Assembly: GCA_002269645.1 (NCBI GenBank)
Contig: NIVC01000276.1
Coordinates: 186,001-250,000 of the forward strand
DNA length: 64,000 bases
Direction of reading: 5' to 3'
DNA from: Macrostomum lignano
Taxonomy: Eukaryota
Shown here piece by piece: positions 31,001-40,454 of the stretch; the first letter of the stretch is position 1; every line of letters begins with the position of its first letter. The translations under genes and the position numbers were made by a program. The notes under the pieces are model-generated. The model saw only the letters and a list, made by a program, of their open reading frames with translations, was not told the origin of the DNA and did no database searches.

Positions 31001-31348
31001 AGGCACGCCGGACACCTGGCCGGGACAGACCCGTGCCAGGCGGCTTTGCTGCTCATCGCCCAGGGCGACTGGGCGGCCGCCTGCGACTGCCTTTGCCGCC
31101 GCCTTGGCCTGCCCGGCCTCGCCTGCCGCCTCCTGGCCGCCTGCGCTGAGGCCGGCCGCATTCCGGACAGCTCGGACATGTCCGGCGCCGAGCCGGCCGA
31201 CCGAGCTGCCTGGCGCGAGGCGCACGCGGCCTGGGCGCGCCAGCTGGCGCTGCTAGGCGATGAGGCAGGCGCCAGCAGGTGCGCAGAGCTGGCTGAGCTG
31301 GGCTCTGCTGGAGACGGAAATAAGGAGGAGCAAAAACTGACGGAGTGA
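22079..31348 (+). CDS. WDR11: WD repeat-containing protein 11; exons 22079-22917, 23245-23500, 24237-24491, 25249-25884, 26609-26718, 27910-28430, 29518-29984, 30488-31348 (~1314 aa)
   Basis: DWGPQGLLAV, RLAVGHVNGRLLAWD, RRNHVIAVYSREIVLIDL, RNEAAFVDLATG, RQYLALGFRDKPAEIWD, FAPGSGNYKFLVLFPNGLELWD and LDKAVQLLLETEP match WDR11 motifs in order. All seven GT-AG introns are phase-compatible (2,0,0,0,2,1,0). Confidence 0.93.
22965..23128. repeat. Telomere-like (TTTGGG)n tract in WDR11 intron 1
   Basis: Direct inspection; includes one TTAGGG. Confidence 0.93.
23545..23710 (+). repeat. Interspersed repeat, with an inverted copy at 34195-34357
   Basis: ATACACTGGCGCTTATAGGAAAAATCCGACCTTCTGGTAGAATCGTTGAATATCTCGACG closely matches the reverse complement of 34275-34340. 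Confidence 0.85.
23749..23821 (-). tRNA. tRNA-like gene or pseudogene, 73 nt, anticodon position TAA, short variable loop
   Basis: GGGCGGA TA GCTC AGTTGGTA GAGC G CCAGA TTTAAGA TCTGG AGGTC GCGGC TTCGAGC CCCGC TCTATCC A, followed by a T5 terminator. One mismatch each in the acceptor and T stems. Confidence 0.55.
23996..24068 (+). tRNA. tRNA-like gene, 73 nt, anticodon TAT (Ile-type), intronless
   Basis: GGGCAGG TA GCGC AGTTGGTA GAGC G CCGGA TTTATAA TCTGG TGGTC GCGGG TTCGAAC CCCGT TCTGTCC A. Good acceptor, anticodon and T stems, one D-stem mismatch, A/B boxes and a downstream T5. Confidence 0.65.
24517..24900. repeat. 22-bp minisatellite (CATGATCCCTTTGCGGTCCCTT)n in WDR11 intron 3
   Basis: Direct periodicity. 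Confidence 0.93.
24925..25220. repeat. (CACT)n microsatellite in WDR11 intron 3
   Basis: Direct inspection. Confidence 0.97.
25925..26562. repeat. 23-bp minisatellite (TGCACCTGTGTGATGATTGGTGC)n in WDR11 intron 4
   Basis: Direct periodicity with 20-bp variants. Confidence 0.95.
26735..27845. repeat. 12-bp minisatellite (CTGTAACAGGTT)n in WDR11 intron 5, interrupted at 26821-27380
   Basis: The array stops at 26820 and resumes at 27381. Confidence 0.92.
26982..27344 (-). mobile_element. Full-length tRNA-derived SINE with a 17-bp target-site duplication
   Basis: Minus-strand head GGCCGTAGCCCAGCGG...GGCTCGATTCC (A/B boxes) and an A-rich tail. CCCCTCCGGGACAGCCC occurs at both 26965-26981 and 27345-27361. 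Confidence 0.88.
28440..29450. repeat. Purine-rich 12-bp minisatellite (GGAGGAGAGGGC)n in WDR11 intron 6
   Basis: Direct periodicity; source of the AEER/SPPP ORFs. Confidence 0.95.
29989..30440. repeat. 20-bp minisatellite (GTGTGATCCCCATTCTCTCC)n in WDR11 intron 7
   Basis: Starts within the donor site GTGAGTGTGATCCCC. Confidence 0.95.
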
Positions 31349-31369
31349 CTGCGGCGGACTGATGTTTAA

Positions 31370-32272
31370 CATGAGATCCCATTTATCCCCGTGTGATACT
31401 ATTTATCCCAATGAGATCCCATTTATCCCCGTGTGATGCTATTTATTCCAATGAGATCCCATTTATCCCCGTGTGATGCTATTTATCCTAATGAGATTCC
31501 ATTTATCCCCGTGTGATGCTATTTATCCCAATGAGATCCCATTTATCCCCGTGTGATGCTATTAATCCCAATGAGATCCCATTTATCCTAATGAGATCCC
31601 ATTTATCCCCGTGTGATGCTATTTATCCGAATGAGATCCCATTTATCCCCGTGTGATGCTATTAATCCCAATGAGATCCCATTTATCCTAATGAGATCCC
31701 ATTTATCCCCGTGTGATGCTATTTATCCGAATGAGATCCCATTTATCCCCGTGTGATGCTATTTATCCGAATGAGATCCCATTTATCCCCGTGTGATGCT
31801 ATTTATCCCAATGAGATCCCATTTATCCCCGTGTGATGCTATTAATCCCAATGAGATCCCATTCATCCCCGTGTGATGCTATTTATCCCAATGAGATCCC
31901 ATTTATCCCCGTGTGATGCTATTTATCCCAATGAGATCCCATTTATCCCCGTGTGATGCTATTTATCCGAATGAGATCCCATTTATCCCCATGTGATGCT
32001 ATTTATCCCAATGAGATCCCATTTATCCCCGTGTGACGCTATTAATCCCATTGAGATCCCATTTATCCCAATGAGATCCCATTTATCCTAATGAGATCCC
32101 ATTTATCCCAATGAGATCCCATTTATCCTAATGAGATTCCATTTATCCCAATGAGATCCCATTTATTCCAATGAGATCCCATTTATCCTAATGAGATCCC
32201 ATTTATCCCAATGAGATCCCATTTATTCCAATGAGATCCCATTTATCCCAATGAGATCCCATTTATCCCAAT
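31370..32272. repeat. 40-bp (2x20) then 20-bp minisatellite (AATGAGATCCCATTTATCCC-based) 3' of WDR11
   Basis: Direct periodicity. Confidence 0.94.
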
Positions 32273-32777
32273 AAGGTTGCCGGATTTGCACCGGTGAATT
32301 TGGGCAGTCTATCTAAGCTATCTTATTAAAGAGGCATAATCAAGTCAGAATAATCAGGTTAATCTGCTGTTTAGGTAATTAATCCGTAGCAATTGTGCAC
32401 TCGAGCCAGTCCTGTGCTCCGCTAATCTGCCAACTCTAATTCCATCATCTGTTTCTGTTGCCAAGCTGCATTGCAGAGCCGCAGTTTTCAAAGTTTTCCA
32501 TTCCTGAAATTTAGAGTACCGGTTTTAGAAATGATGCAGACATCTGAAGCATCAGCATAAATAAACACATTCATTTGTACCGCTTTCTTCATTGCTTCTG
32601 GACCGTCTGCTTTGCAGAATTGAAAAAACAAAAAGTTTTTTATTTGCTTTTTTGAGTGAAATTTCTGATTTCAGCGAAATTAAGAAACTTCCATATCTGG
32701 CTGGCGGGTCTTATCTGCTTATTTTTAGACATAAGCAGAGTCACACAGTTTCAGGTCTTTTTATTAAAGCTTTGAAA

Positions 32778-33626
32778 ATGCTGAGATTCGATAAGTGCGG
32801 AATGCCAGCTGGCCACTGTCTGCTTCTGCTGCAGCTGTTGCCGCTGTCACTGATGGCCGTCGCCGAAGTCAGCGTGTGCCAGCCGGGCATGCGATGGGAC
32901 CCGGGCCAGAACAGGTGCGTCCACTGCACTCAGGCTGAGATTGACTTGGGAGAGTGCGGAGACGGCCTGACTACCCAGCGGGCGGCATCATCAACTGAAG
33001 CTGCGTCTACGGTGTCTGTTTCTACTGAGTCCGATTCGAATTTGTCGTCTTCTCCTAATCTTGCGATTGTCCTACCAATTGTGATACCTGTTGTGCTGAT
33101 TTTGGCTGCTTTCGCCATCATTGCCATCGTTTGCTATTGCAAGCGTCGTTCAACGCGATCTAACAGGCGTCAAGAGCTGGAAGATCAAGAACAGCAGGGT
33201 GATAATACTAAACTACTCAAAGCTGACCAGCCTCGACCGTCTGGTAAACTGCCTGCGGTGCCTGCGGAATCTGCGGAATCTGCGGAATCTGCGAAATCTG
33301 CGGAATCTGCGGAATCTGCGGAATCTGCGGAATCTGCGGAATCTGCGGAATCTGCGGAATCTCAGCAAGGAGTCACAAGGTTTTCTCACAAGAGCCAAGA
33401 ATTACCGCACGGCTTCAGGACAGGCGCGGAGGTCGGAAACGCCACAGGCGAGGAGGATGGAAACGCCGCAGAGATCACTGGTGCGCCCGGCTCGGTGACT
33501 GGCAGCGGCTCTCCTGAAGGCCGAGACGGAGAGGCGAGACTGCAGCTTCTTTCGACTGCTCTGGAAAACCGGGACCGACCCGCTTATGCTGATGGTGATG
33601 AAGGCACGGCTGCGACTGGTACCTAA
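32778..33626 (+). CDS. TNFR-like single-CRD type I membrane protein 1 (chimeric, with an AES repeat in the tail), ~282 aa
   Basis: Signal-like LLLLQLLPLSLMAVA; CQPGMRWDPGQNRCVHC; Ser/Thr stalk; TM LAIVLPIVIPVVLILAAFAIIAIVCY followed by KRR; intronless ORF. The start could be ATG 32778 or 32802. Confidence 0.8.
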   Translation: MLRFDKCGMPAGHCLLLLQLLPLSLMAVAEVSVCQPGMRWDPGQNRCVHCTQAEIDLGECGDGLTTQRAASSTEAASTVSVSTESDSNLSSSPNLAIVLPIVIPVVLILAAFAIIAIVCYCKRRSTRSNRRQELEDQEQQGDNTKLLKADQPRPSGKLPAVPAESAESAESAKSAESAESAESAESAESAESAESQQGVTRFSHKSQELPHGFRTGAEVGNATGEEDGNAAEITGAPGSVTGSGSPEGRDGEARLQLLSTALENRDRPAYADGDEGTAATGT

Positions 33627-34962
33627 GAGTCTGTGCCTTAGGCGTCACACCTAACTTCGCTTAAAGTTGACTGTATTATCCAAGCAATAATCTCCCATAT
33701 TTTTTGTTATGCACTTTCAATCCAAAAACCAAATAATTTGTCCTGATCGGTTATTCATGTTATGTTCATTTCAGAGCATTTTTAGTCAGATAAAGCTTGA
33801 TTTTTTTTACAATTCGGTTTGATTTACTGCAGAACCGACAGCAATCTCGGTGATTTCCCTAACCTAATTTGAAATACATGTATAAGACGAACCTGGCAGA
33901 CAGAAGCCTCTGTACTTTCTTTAAACTTAAACTAAACAAGTTCGAATGCATAAGCTATACTCGTACGATTACTCATGGTGGACTGAAAAAAATCGTTGCG
34001 TTGCGAAATTTATTGGGGAGATTTCATAATTTTTAGAACTAAATTCCCAATTTCTCGCCTTCTGAACTTCTGAATTGTAAACTGCTCTGCAATGGTGTGG
34101 GCGCGGCTTTGCAATGCGAGCCATTTTTCCTCCCGTCAAACTACCAAAAGGGGGACCCCCTGACATTTTTTACTGCGCCGGAACGGAGCAACGCAGGCAC
34201 ACGAAATTCAAGAACACGGGCTAACTTTTTGTTGCGCACCTTCTCAAACAGGAATCAAGTCGCCAGTCCTCAGGACCGTCGAGATATTCAACGATTCTGC
34301 CAGAAGGTCGGATTTTCCACATAAGCGCCAGTGTATTCAATGCACCCCTGTGCGCCAATCAGCCCTGCGCCTCAGTGCAGCCTTGCCAAGCCTCCAAATT
34401 TCATTAGCACGTCAACCGCATGTGTCTGCATCAGCTCTGACTTCGTTGGTCTTCTGAGATCTTCAGCGGGTGGTACCAGGTGACTATGGACTCAAACATT
34501 CCGTCATCAAACGAATGATGTACAACATTTTTGTTTGAATCTTTTAAGCTTACTCACGAGTTTTTTTAAATTAAAAAGCTTACAATGTACGTACATTTCG
34601 TACAACAAAAATATCTGGTCTAAATTAAACTAAATTTTTATCTGTCACTCTACTGACAGTAGAAATTTAAGGAAAATAAACAAAGAAAATAATCTATAAA
34701 AAGTGTCCAGTACATGTACTGAATAGCTAATCTAAAAACATTGTTAGGGCAGTACACAACCATTACCGTTGAGATACACCGCTAATTTCTCTCACTGTAC
34801 TCTGCACTGTGCAGTTCTGAGTACACAGCAATGAGCTCTCTTGTGTGCTCAACTGTGTCACAGCGCTCTCAGATTGAAACACTGTCACTGACCGAAGTTG
34901 AGACGGGTAATGGGTAAAAATAGATTATCAGTCAAGCATTTACTGTACATTGTACCTGGAAC

Positions 34963-34969
34963 TGACTCA
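34963..34969. promoter_or_regulatory. AP-1 consensus TGACTCA ~80 bp upstream of receptor gene 2 (duplicate at 39665-39671)
   Basis: Exact consensus match; function not shown. Confidence 0.35.
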
Positions 34970-35048
34970 TTATTATACTGAGCTCCAGTATGACAAAATT
35001 TGAAAGATTCACAGAGCTAACCTTACAAAAAATTTTCAAGACTTCAAC

Positions 35049-35762
35049 ATGAGTATCTTGTCAGCTCTAATCACATTGCTGCTAGCTGCTCAAGCTTACG
35101 GCAACACCTGCTCAAAGGCTGGCGAGTACTTCGACTCGGGCCAGCAGATGTGCCTCCGCTGCCCGCTGCCTTCATCGGAAATCCAAGTCCACCTGCACTA
35201 CTTGAGCACCTGTCGCAACCATCCAGTCTGCTGCGTTGCCAACTCGACAGGCAAGCCGAGAGGCGCCCCTGACGAGTGGCGTCCAGACGCTACAGCGAGC
35301 TCACCAGCTCAGGCAGCTGGTGAATCAACCGTTTGGATCGTCATCGGTGCGCTCGTGCTTGCTGGTCTTCTGACAGTTCAAATCCTGGCTCTCATTCTGG
35401 TGTACGTGAAGTTTGTCAGAGCCAGGCAGGGAGAAAGGCAGGCCGAAAAGGGCTCATCAGCTTCTGTCCCACCTGATGTCAACACCGACGAAGCAGCGTC
35501 GCCTTGTGATGAAGAGCGTAGATCGTTTCTACATACGAGTTGCCATGGCAACCAACACGATGCAGCAGCCGGCCAGTCAGCTGGAACCGACTCTCCAGCT
35601 TCTCAGCAGACAGGAGAGCGCGAATTTGCGTCAGCGAGTCAGCCTGCAAATCACCATGGAAACGAGCAGCGAGCGAACACAGTTATGAATTCGATTGTGT
35701 ATCAGAAAAATGGGTCAGTTCGTAGATCTGCATATCCTGAGAGTACCTATGACTCAGCTTAA
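35049..35762 (+). CDS. TNFR-like single-CRD type I membrane protein 2 (BCMA/TACI-like CRD), 237 aa
   Basis: Signal peptide MSILSALITLLLAAQAYG; CSKAGEYFDSGQQMCLRC...C.....CC; TM VWIVIGALVLAGLLTVQILALILVYV; tail ending SAYPESTYDSA. Confidence 0.85.
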   Translation: MSILSALITLLLAAQAYGNTCSKAGEYFDSGQQMCLRCPLPSSEIQVHLHYLSTCRNHPVCCVANSTGKPRGAPDEWRPDATASSPAQAAGESTVWIVIGALVLAGLLTVQILALILVYVKFVRARQGERQAEKGSSASVPPDVNTDEAASPCDEERRSFLHTSCHGNQHDAAAGQSAGTDSPASQQTGEREFASASQPANHHGNEQRANTVMNSIVYQKNGSVRRSAYPESTYDSA

Positions 35763-35836
35763 ATGCATGCTTTTTTATAGAAGATTTGGCTCTGCGATTG
35801 TTGAAGCTGCACGGTAATCTGTAACCGTTAAACGGT

Positions 35837-36178
35837 ATGCACGTTGGCTATTGCAAGCGTCGTTCAACGCGATCTAACAGGCGTCAAGAGAAGGAAGATC
35901 AAGGACAGCAGGGTGATGATATTCAACTATTCAATGCTAACCAGCCTCGACCGTCTGGTAAACTGCCTGCGGTGCCTGCGGAACATGCGGAATCTGCGGA
36001 ATCTGCGGAATCTGCGGAATCTGCGGAATCTGCGGAACATGCGGAATCTGCGGAATCTGCGGAATCTGCGGAATCTGCGGAATCTGCGGAATCTGCGGAA
36101 CATGCGGAATCTGCGGAATCTGCGGAATCTCAGCAAAGAGTCACGCAGACCAGCCAGCCTACAAATCCATGCGAGTAG
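35837..36178 (+). pseudogene. Tail-only remnant of a gene-1-type receptor (no signal peptide, CRD or TM)
   Basis: From GCTATTGCAAGCGT (35846) it is near-identical to gene 1 from 33133. It has 17 AES/AEH units and a different 3' end ([15 protein letters not shown]). Confidence 0.75.
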
Positions 36179-36264
36179 CTGCCATCGTCACAAGCCTGCC
36201 GTCATCAACTAACAGAATTTTTGATATTCAGCCTAGAGACCTCTTGTCTAACGTCAAATACTCG

Positions 36265-36534
36265 TATATTCAGCAACATCGAAAAGTCGCCATCACAGAA
36301 GATTGAGAGTGAGTGCAGGTAAAATCTCTCAATCTTTGCGAGTGACGCAAATTAGCTACGCCTGGGCAGACTTGAGTTGAGGAATGAAGTGGAGGGGGCG
36401 GTGTGCGAGGGTTAACGCTACGGATCAAAGCTACCCCGATCAGTTTTCTCGTATCTTTGATTTCAGAACAGTCCAAGAGAAATTGCTCACTGGGTGGCGC
36501 ATAGAGTGGCGACTTTTCAATGTTGCTGAGTATA
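36265..36534. mobile_element. MITE with ~28-bp TIRs and TA ends (Tc1/mariner-type)
   Basis: TATATTCAGCAACATCGAAAAGTCGCCA at 36265 pairs with TGGCGACTTTTCAATGTTGCTGAGTATA at 36507-36534 (2 mismatches). Confidence 0.78.
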
Positions 36535-36708
36535 TTTATTTTTAATAAATTAATTTATTGATCGCTAACTTTGACCAAAAATTATATATTTCCTCTAAAA
36601 AAGATTACACCCAACTAAACTCCTTGTTTGCTATCTTATCTCTGACTTGGCCTCAAAAGCTTATAAACCTAGGCGCACTGGGAATTCAGCTGCAAGCTGT
36701 CTGTCGCT

Positions 36709-37886
36709 ATGCTGTCTGAGTCTGCTGTCTGCTCCGGGCGGCCAGGTGAGTCAAGCATTTCGAAATATTTTTTCTTTTAATTTTTTCAAGTAGATAAAAT
36801 TTTATTTCAAGCTATTTGACGTTATTCCCTTTCTTATGTGCACACGTGTGTTGTTTCTAAAATTAAAAGTGACGCAAATATTCATATGTATTGCAACACT
36901 ACGAGCTAATTTATAGAAATTTTCCAATGTAAAAAACGTTTTTTACTAATAATCTAGTCAACATTAACTAAGCTCGAGCAGTGTTCCAAGAAACCCCATC
37001 CCCCCAATATTCACCATCCCCGGTTATTCCCAATCTCCGATAACTCCCTTTTTATTTAATTCCCATGCCCGATATCCCCCGTCCCCGATATCCCCCATAC
37101 CCGATATCCCCCATCCCCGATATCCCCCATCCCCGATATCCCCCATTCCCGATATCCCCCATCCCCGATATCCCATCCCCGATATCCCCCATCCCCGATA
37201 TCCCCCATCCCCGATTTTCCCCATCCCTGATACTCTCCATCCCCGATATTTCCATCCCCTGATATTCCCAATACTTTCATATCCCCCATCCCCGATATCC
37301 CATCCCCGATATCCCCCATCCCCGATATCCCCCATCCCCGAAATCCCATCCCCGATATCCCCCATCCCCGATATCCCCCATCCCCGATATCCCATCCCCG
37401 ATATCCCCCATCCCCGATATCCCCATCCTCAATATTTACCACTCCCTCCCGATATTCCCCATAAAGTTCTCGGGCCGCGCCATTCGCCAATGCAAAATTG
37501 ACTTCAGAATTTCTTTAGCGACCCCCGCCTCTCCCCGCCCCACAGGCCGCTGCTACGACCCCGGCCAGAACCTCTGCGTCCGATGCCCCGACGGAGCGAC
37601 CAGGGCAGAACCGCGGTCCGCCAGTTCGAACCCCAGCGGGACGCCATCTACGCTGTCAACCGGTGAGACTGACAGGACTGACACTCAGTTTGCATTGATG
37701 GTTTTGCTGGTCGCTTCTTGGTCAGCGGTGGTCCTTCTCCTGGGGCTGCTGCTGGTGATGGTCTGGCGCTGCAATCGGCAGCCTCGAGCCGCCACAACTG
37801 CCGCCCCTGAGCCTCAGGAGGTAATCGACAGCTCCTCAGATGCTGGCTATGAGCGTCTCAGCTCTGTTGACAATGCTGAAAATTGA
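36709..37886 (+). CDS. TNFR-like single-CRD membrane protein 4; exons 36709-36745 and 37546-37886 (~125 aa)
   Basis: The phase-1 GT-AG join gives SAVCSGRPG|RCYDPGQNLCVRC, which aligns with gene 1 VSVCQPGMRWDPGQNRCVHC. TM FALMVLLVASWSAVVLLLGLLLVMVW; tail has PQEVID and YERL. The true start is uncertain (in-frame TAG at 36670). Confidence 0.65.
37005..37430. repeat. C-rich ~16-bp minisatellite (ATCCCCGATATCCCCC)n in the receptor gene 4 intron
   Basis: Direct inspection. Confidence 0.92.
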
Positions 37887-38225
37887 TCTTAAAAATTTAC
37901 AAACTCCGACTGTATAAAACTGATTGAATTCAACAATTTTTTGCGTAACAGCCTTGTACAAATATCAGAATAAATACTTGAGTAGTCCTTGACACAATGG
38001 CGCTCCATCTCGCTCAACACACTGTGAGTGGCTCTGCCTATCTCTGTCTGAAAGCCCCTAAGTGACGAATTCTCTATAAATAGAAATAAATGTACGTGCA
38101 ACCATACGGTTTTTCCGAGGAAAAACCTCAAACTGGACGTGGAACTAAATTATATTCTACTTGTTTGAGTAAACCTTTGAAAGAAGATACTAAATTCAAT
38201 ACAATCTCCAGACAACTCAGCAAAC

Positions 38226-38918
38226 ATGAGGTTCTTGTGCAAAATCAATAAAGCTGCTGCCGCCAGCTTTTCAATTCTATTCACACTGCTGCTCGCCGCA
38301 CAAGCTGGCAACCGCACCTGCTCAAAGGCTGGCGAGTACTTCGATCCGGGCCAGCAGATGTGCCTCCGCTGCCCACTGCCTTCATCGGAAATCCTAATCC
38401 ACCTGCACTACCTCAGCACCTGTCGCGACCATCCAGTCTGCTGCGTTGCCAACACAACATCCGGGTCGACAGCTGTTCCCAGCTGGAAGCCGCCGCACAG
38501 CAGCAGCAGCAGCAGCAGCAGTTGCAGCAGCGGCACCACAACTTTGAGCTCACCGCTCCAGGCCCAGGGGATGTCAACCAGTTGGATGGTTTTTGGCGCA
38601 GCCGCTCCTGTCCTGGCCATTGCTTTGATCATGCTCGGTGTCTGGAAGTTTTCTCACAAGAGCCAAGAATTACCGCACGGCTTCAGGACAGGCGCGGAGG
38701 TCGGAAACGCCACAGGCGAGGAGGACGGAAACGCCGCAGAAATCACTGGCGGCGCGCCCGGCTCCGTGACAGGCAGCGGCTTTCCTGAAAACCGAGATGG
38801 AGAGGCGAGCCTGCAGCTGCTCCAGACTGCTCTGGAAGATCGGAACCGACCCGTTTATGCTGATGGTGATGAAGACACGACTGGTACCTACGAGACTGTC
38901 TTTGCTGTCACATCTTAA
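38226..38918 (+). CDS. TNFR-like single-CRD type I membrane protein 5, 230 aa
   Basis: Signal ...SILFTLLLAAQAG; CRD CSKAGEYFDPGQQMCLRC near-identical to genes 2/6; poly-Ser stalk; TM WMVFGAAAPVLAIALIMLGVW; tail shared with gene 1, ending PVYADGDEDTTGTYETVFAVTS. Confidence 0.85.
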   Translation: MRFLCKINKAAAASFSILFTLLLAAQAGNRTCSKAGEYFDPGQQMCLRCPLPSSEILIHLHYLSTCRDHPVCCVANTTSGSTAVPSWKPPHSSSSSSSSCSSGTTTLSSPLQAQGMSTSWMVFGAAAPVLAIALIMLGVWKFSHKSQELPHGFRTGAEVGNATGEEDGNAAEITGGAPGSVTGSGFPENRDGEASLQLLQTALEDRNRPVYADGDEDTTGTYETVFAVTS

Positions 38919-39749
38919 ACTCGCTTAAAGCTGGCTATACTATCCAAGAAATAATCTCCCATATTTTTCTCTGTTGTGCACTGTCAATCAAAAAGCCAAA
39001 TAATTTATTTGTCCTGATCGGTTATTTATGTTATTCATGTTAGGTTCATTTCAGAGCATTTTTCGGAAGCTTGATTTTCTACAATTCAGTTTGACTCACT
39101 GCAGAACCAACAGCAATCTCGGTGGTTTCCCTAACCTAATTTGAAATACATGTATAAGACGAACCAGGCAGACAGAAGCCTCTGTACTTTCCTTGAGCGC
39201 TTTAACGACCTTTTTTGTTTGAATCTTTTGAAGGTAATCACGAGTCTTTAAGATTAAAAAAGCTTACAATGTACGTATCTAGATACATTTTCGTACAACA
39301 AAAACATCTGGTCTAAATTATACTAAACTTTTTCTGTTACTCTACTGACAGTAGAAATTTAAGGAAAATACGCAAAGAAAATAATAAATAATAATCTATA
39401 AGAAATGTCCAATACATGTACTGAATAGCTAATCTAACAACATTGTTAAGGCAGTACACAACCATTACCGTTGAGATACACCGCTAATTTCTCTCACTGT
39501 ACTCTGCACTGTGCAGTTCTGAGTACACAGCAATGAGCTCTCTTGTGTGCTCAACTGTGTCACAGCGCTCTCAGATTGAAACACTGTCACTGACCGAAGT
39601 TGAGACGGGTAATGGGTAAAAATAGATTATCAGTCAAGCATTTACTGTACATTGTACCTGGAACTGACTCATTATTTTACTGAGCTCCAGTATGACAAAA
39701 TTTGAAAGATTCACAAAGCTAACCTTACAAAATTTTTCAAGACTTCAAC

Positions 39750-40454
39750 ATGAGCATCTTGTCAGTTCTAATCACATTGCTGCTAGCTGTTCAAGCTTAC
39801 GGCAACACCTGCTCAAAGGCTGGCGAGTACTTCGACTCGGGCCAGCAGATGTGCCTCCGCTGCCCGCTGCCTTCACCGGAAATCCAAGTCCACATGCACT
39901 ACCTGAGCACCTGTCGCGACCATCCAGTCTGCTGCGTTGCCAACTGGACAGGCAAGCCGAGTGGCGCCCCTGACGAGTGGCGTCCAGACGCTAAAGTGAG
40001 CTCACCAGCTCAGGCAGCCGATGAATCACCCATTTGGATCGTCATCGGAGCGCTCGTACTTGCTGCCATTCTGACAGTTAGCATCCTGGCTCTCATTCTG
40101 CTGTACGCGAAGTTTGTCAGAGCCAGGGAGGGAGAAAGGCAGGCCGAAAAGGGCTCATCAGCTTCTGTCCCACCTGATGTCAACACCGACGAAGCAGCGT
40201 CGCCTTGTGATGAAGAGCGTAGATCGTTTCTACATACGAGTTGCCATAGCAACCAACACGATGCAGCAGCCGGCCAGTCAGCTGGAACCGACTCTCCAGC
40301 TTCTCAGCAGACAGAAGAGCGTGAGGTTGCGTCAGCGGGTCAGCCTGCAAATCACCATGGAAACGAGCAGCGAACGAACACAGTAATCGACTGGGTTGTG
40401 TATCAAAACAATGCGTCAGTTCGTAGTTCTGCATATCCTGAGAGTGACATATGA
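39750..40454 (+). CDS. TNFR-like single-CRD type I membrane protein 6 (recent paralogue of gene 2), 234 aa
   Basis: Collinear with 35049-35762, including >500 bp of upstream flank. Confidence 0.85.
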   Translation: MSILSVLITLLLAVQAYGNTCSKAGEYFDSGQQMCLRCPLPSPEIQVHMHYLSTCRDHPVCCVANWTGKPSGAPDEWRPDAKVSSPAQAADESPIWIVIGALVLAAILTVSILALILLYAKFVRAREGERQAEKGSSASVPPDVNTDEAASPCDEERRSFLHTSCHSNQHDAAAGQSAGTDSPASQQTEEREVASAGQPANHHGNEQRTNTVIDWVVYQNNASVRSSAYPESDI

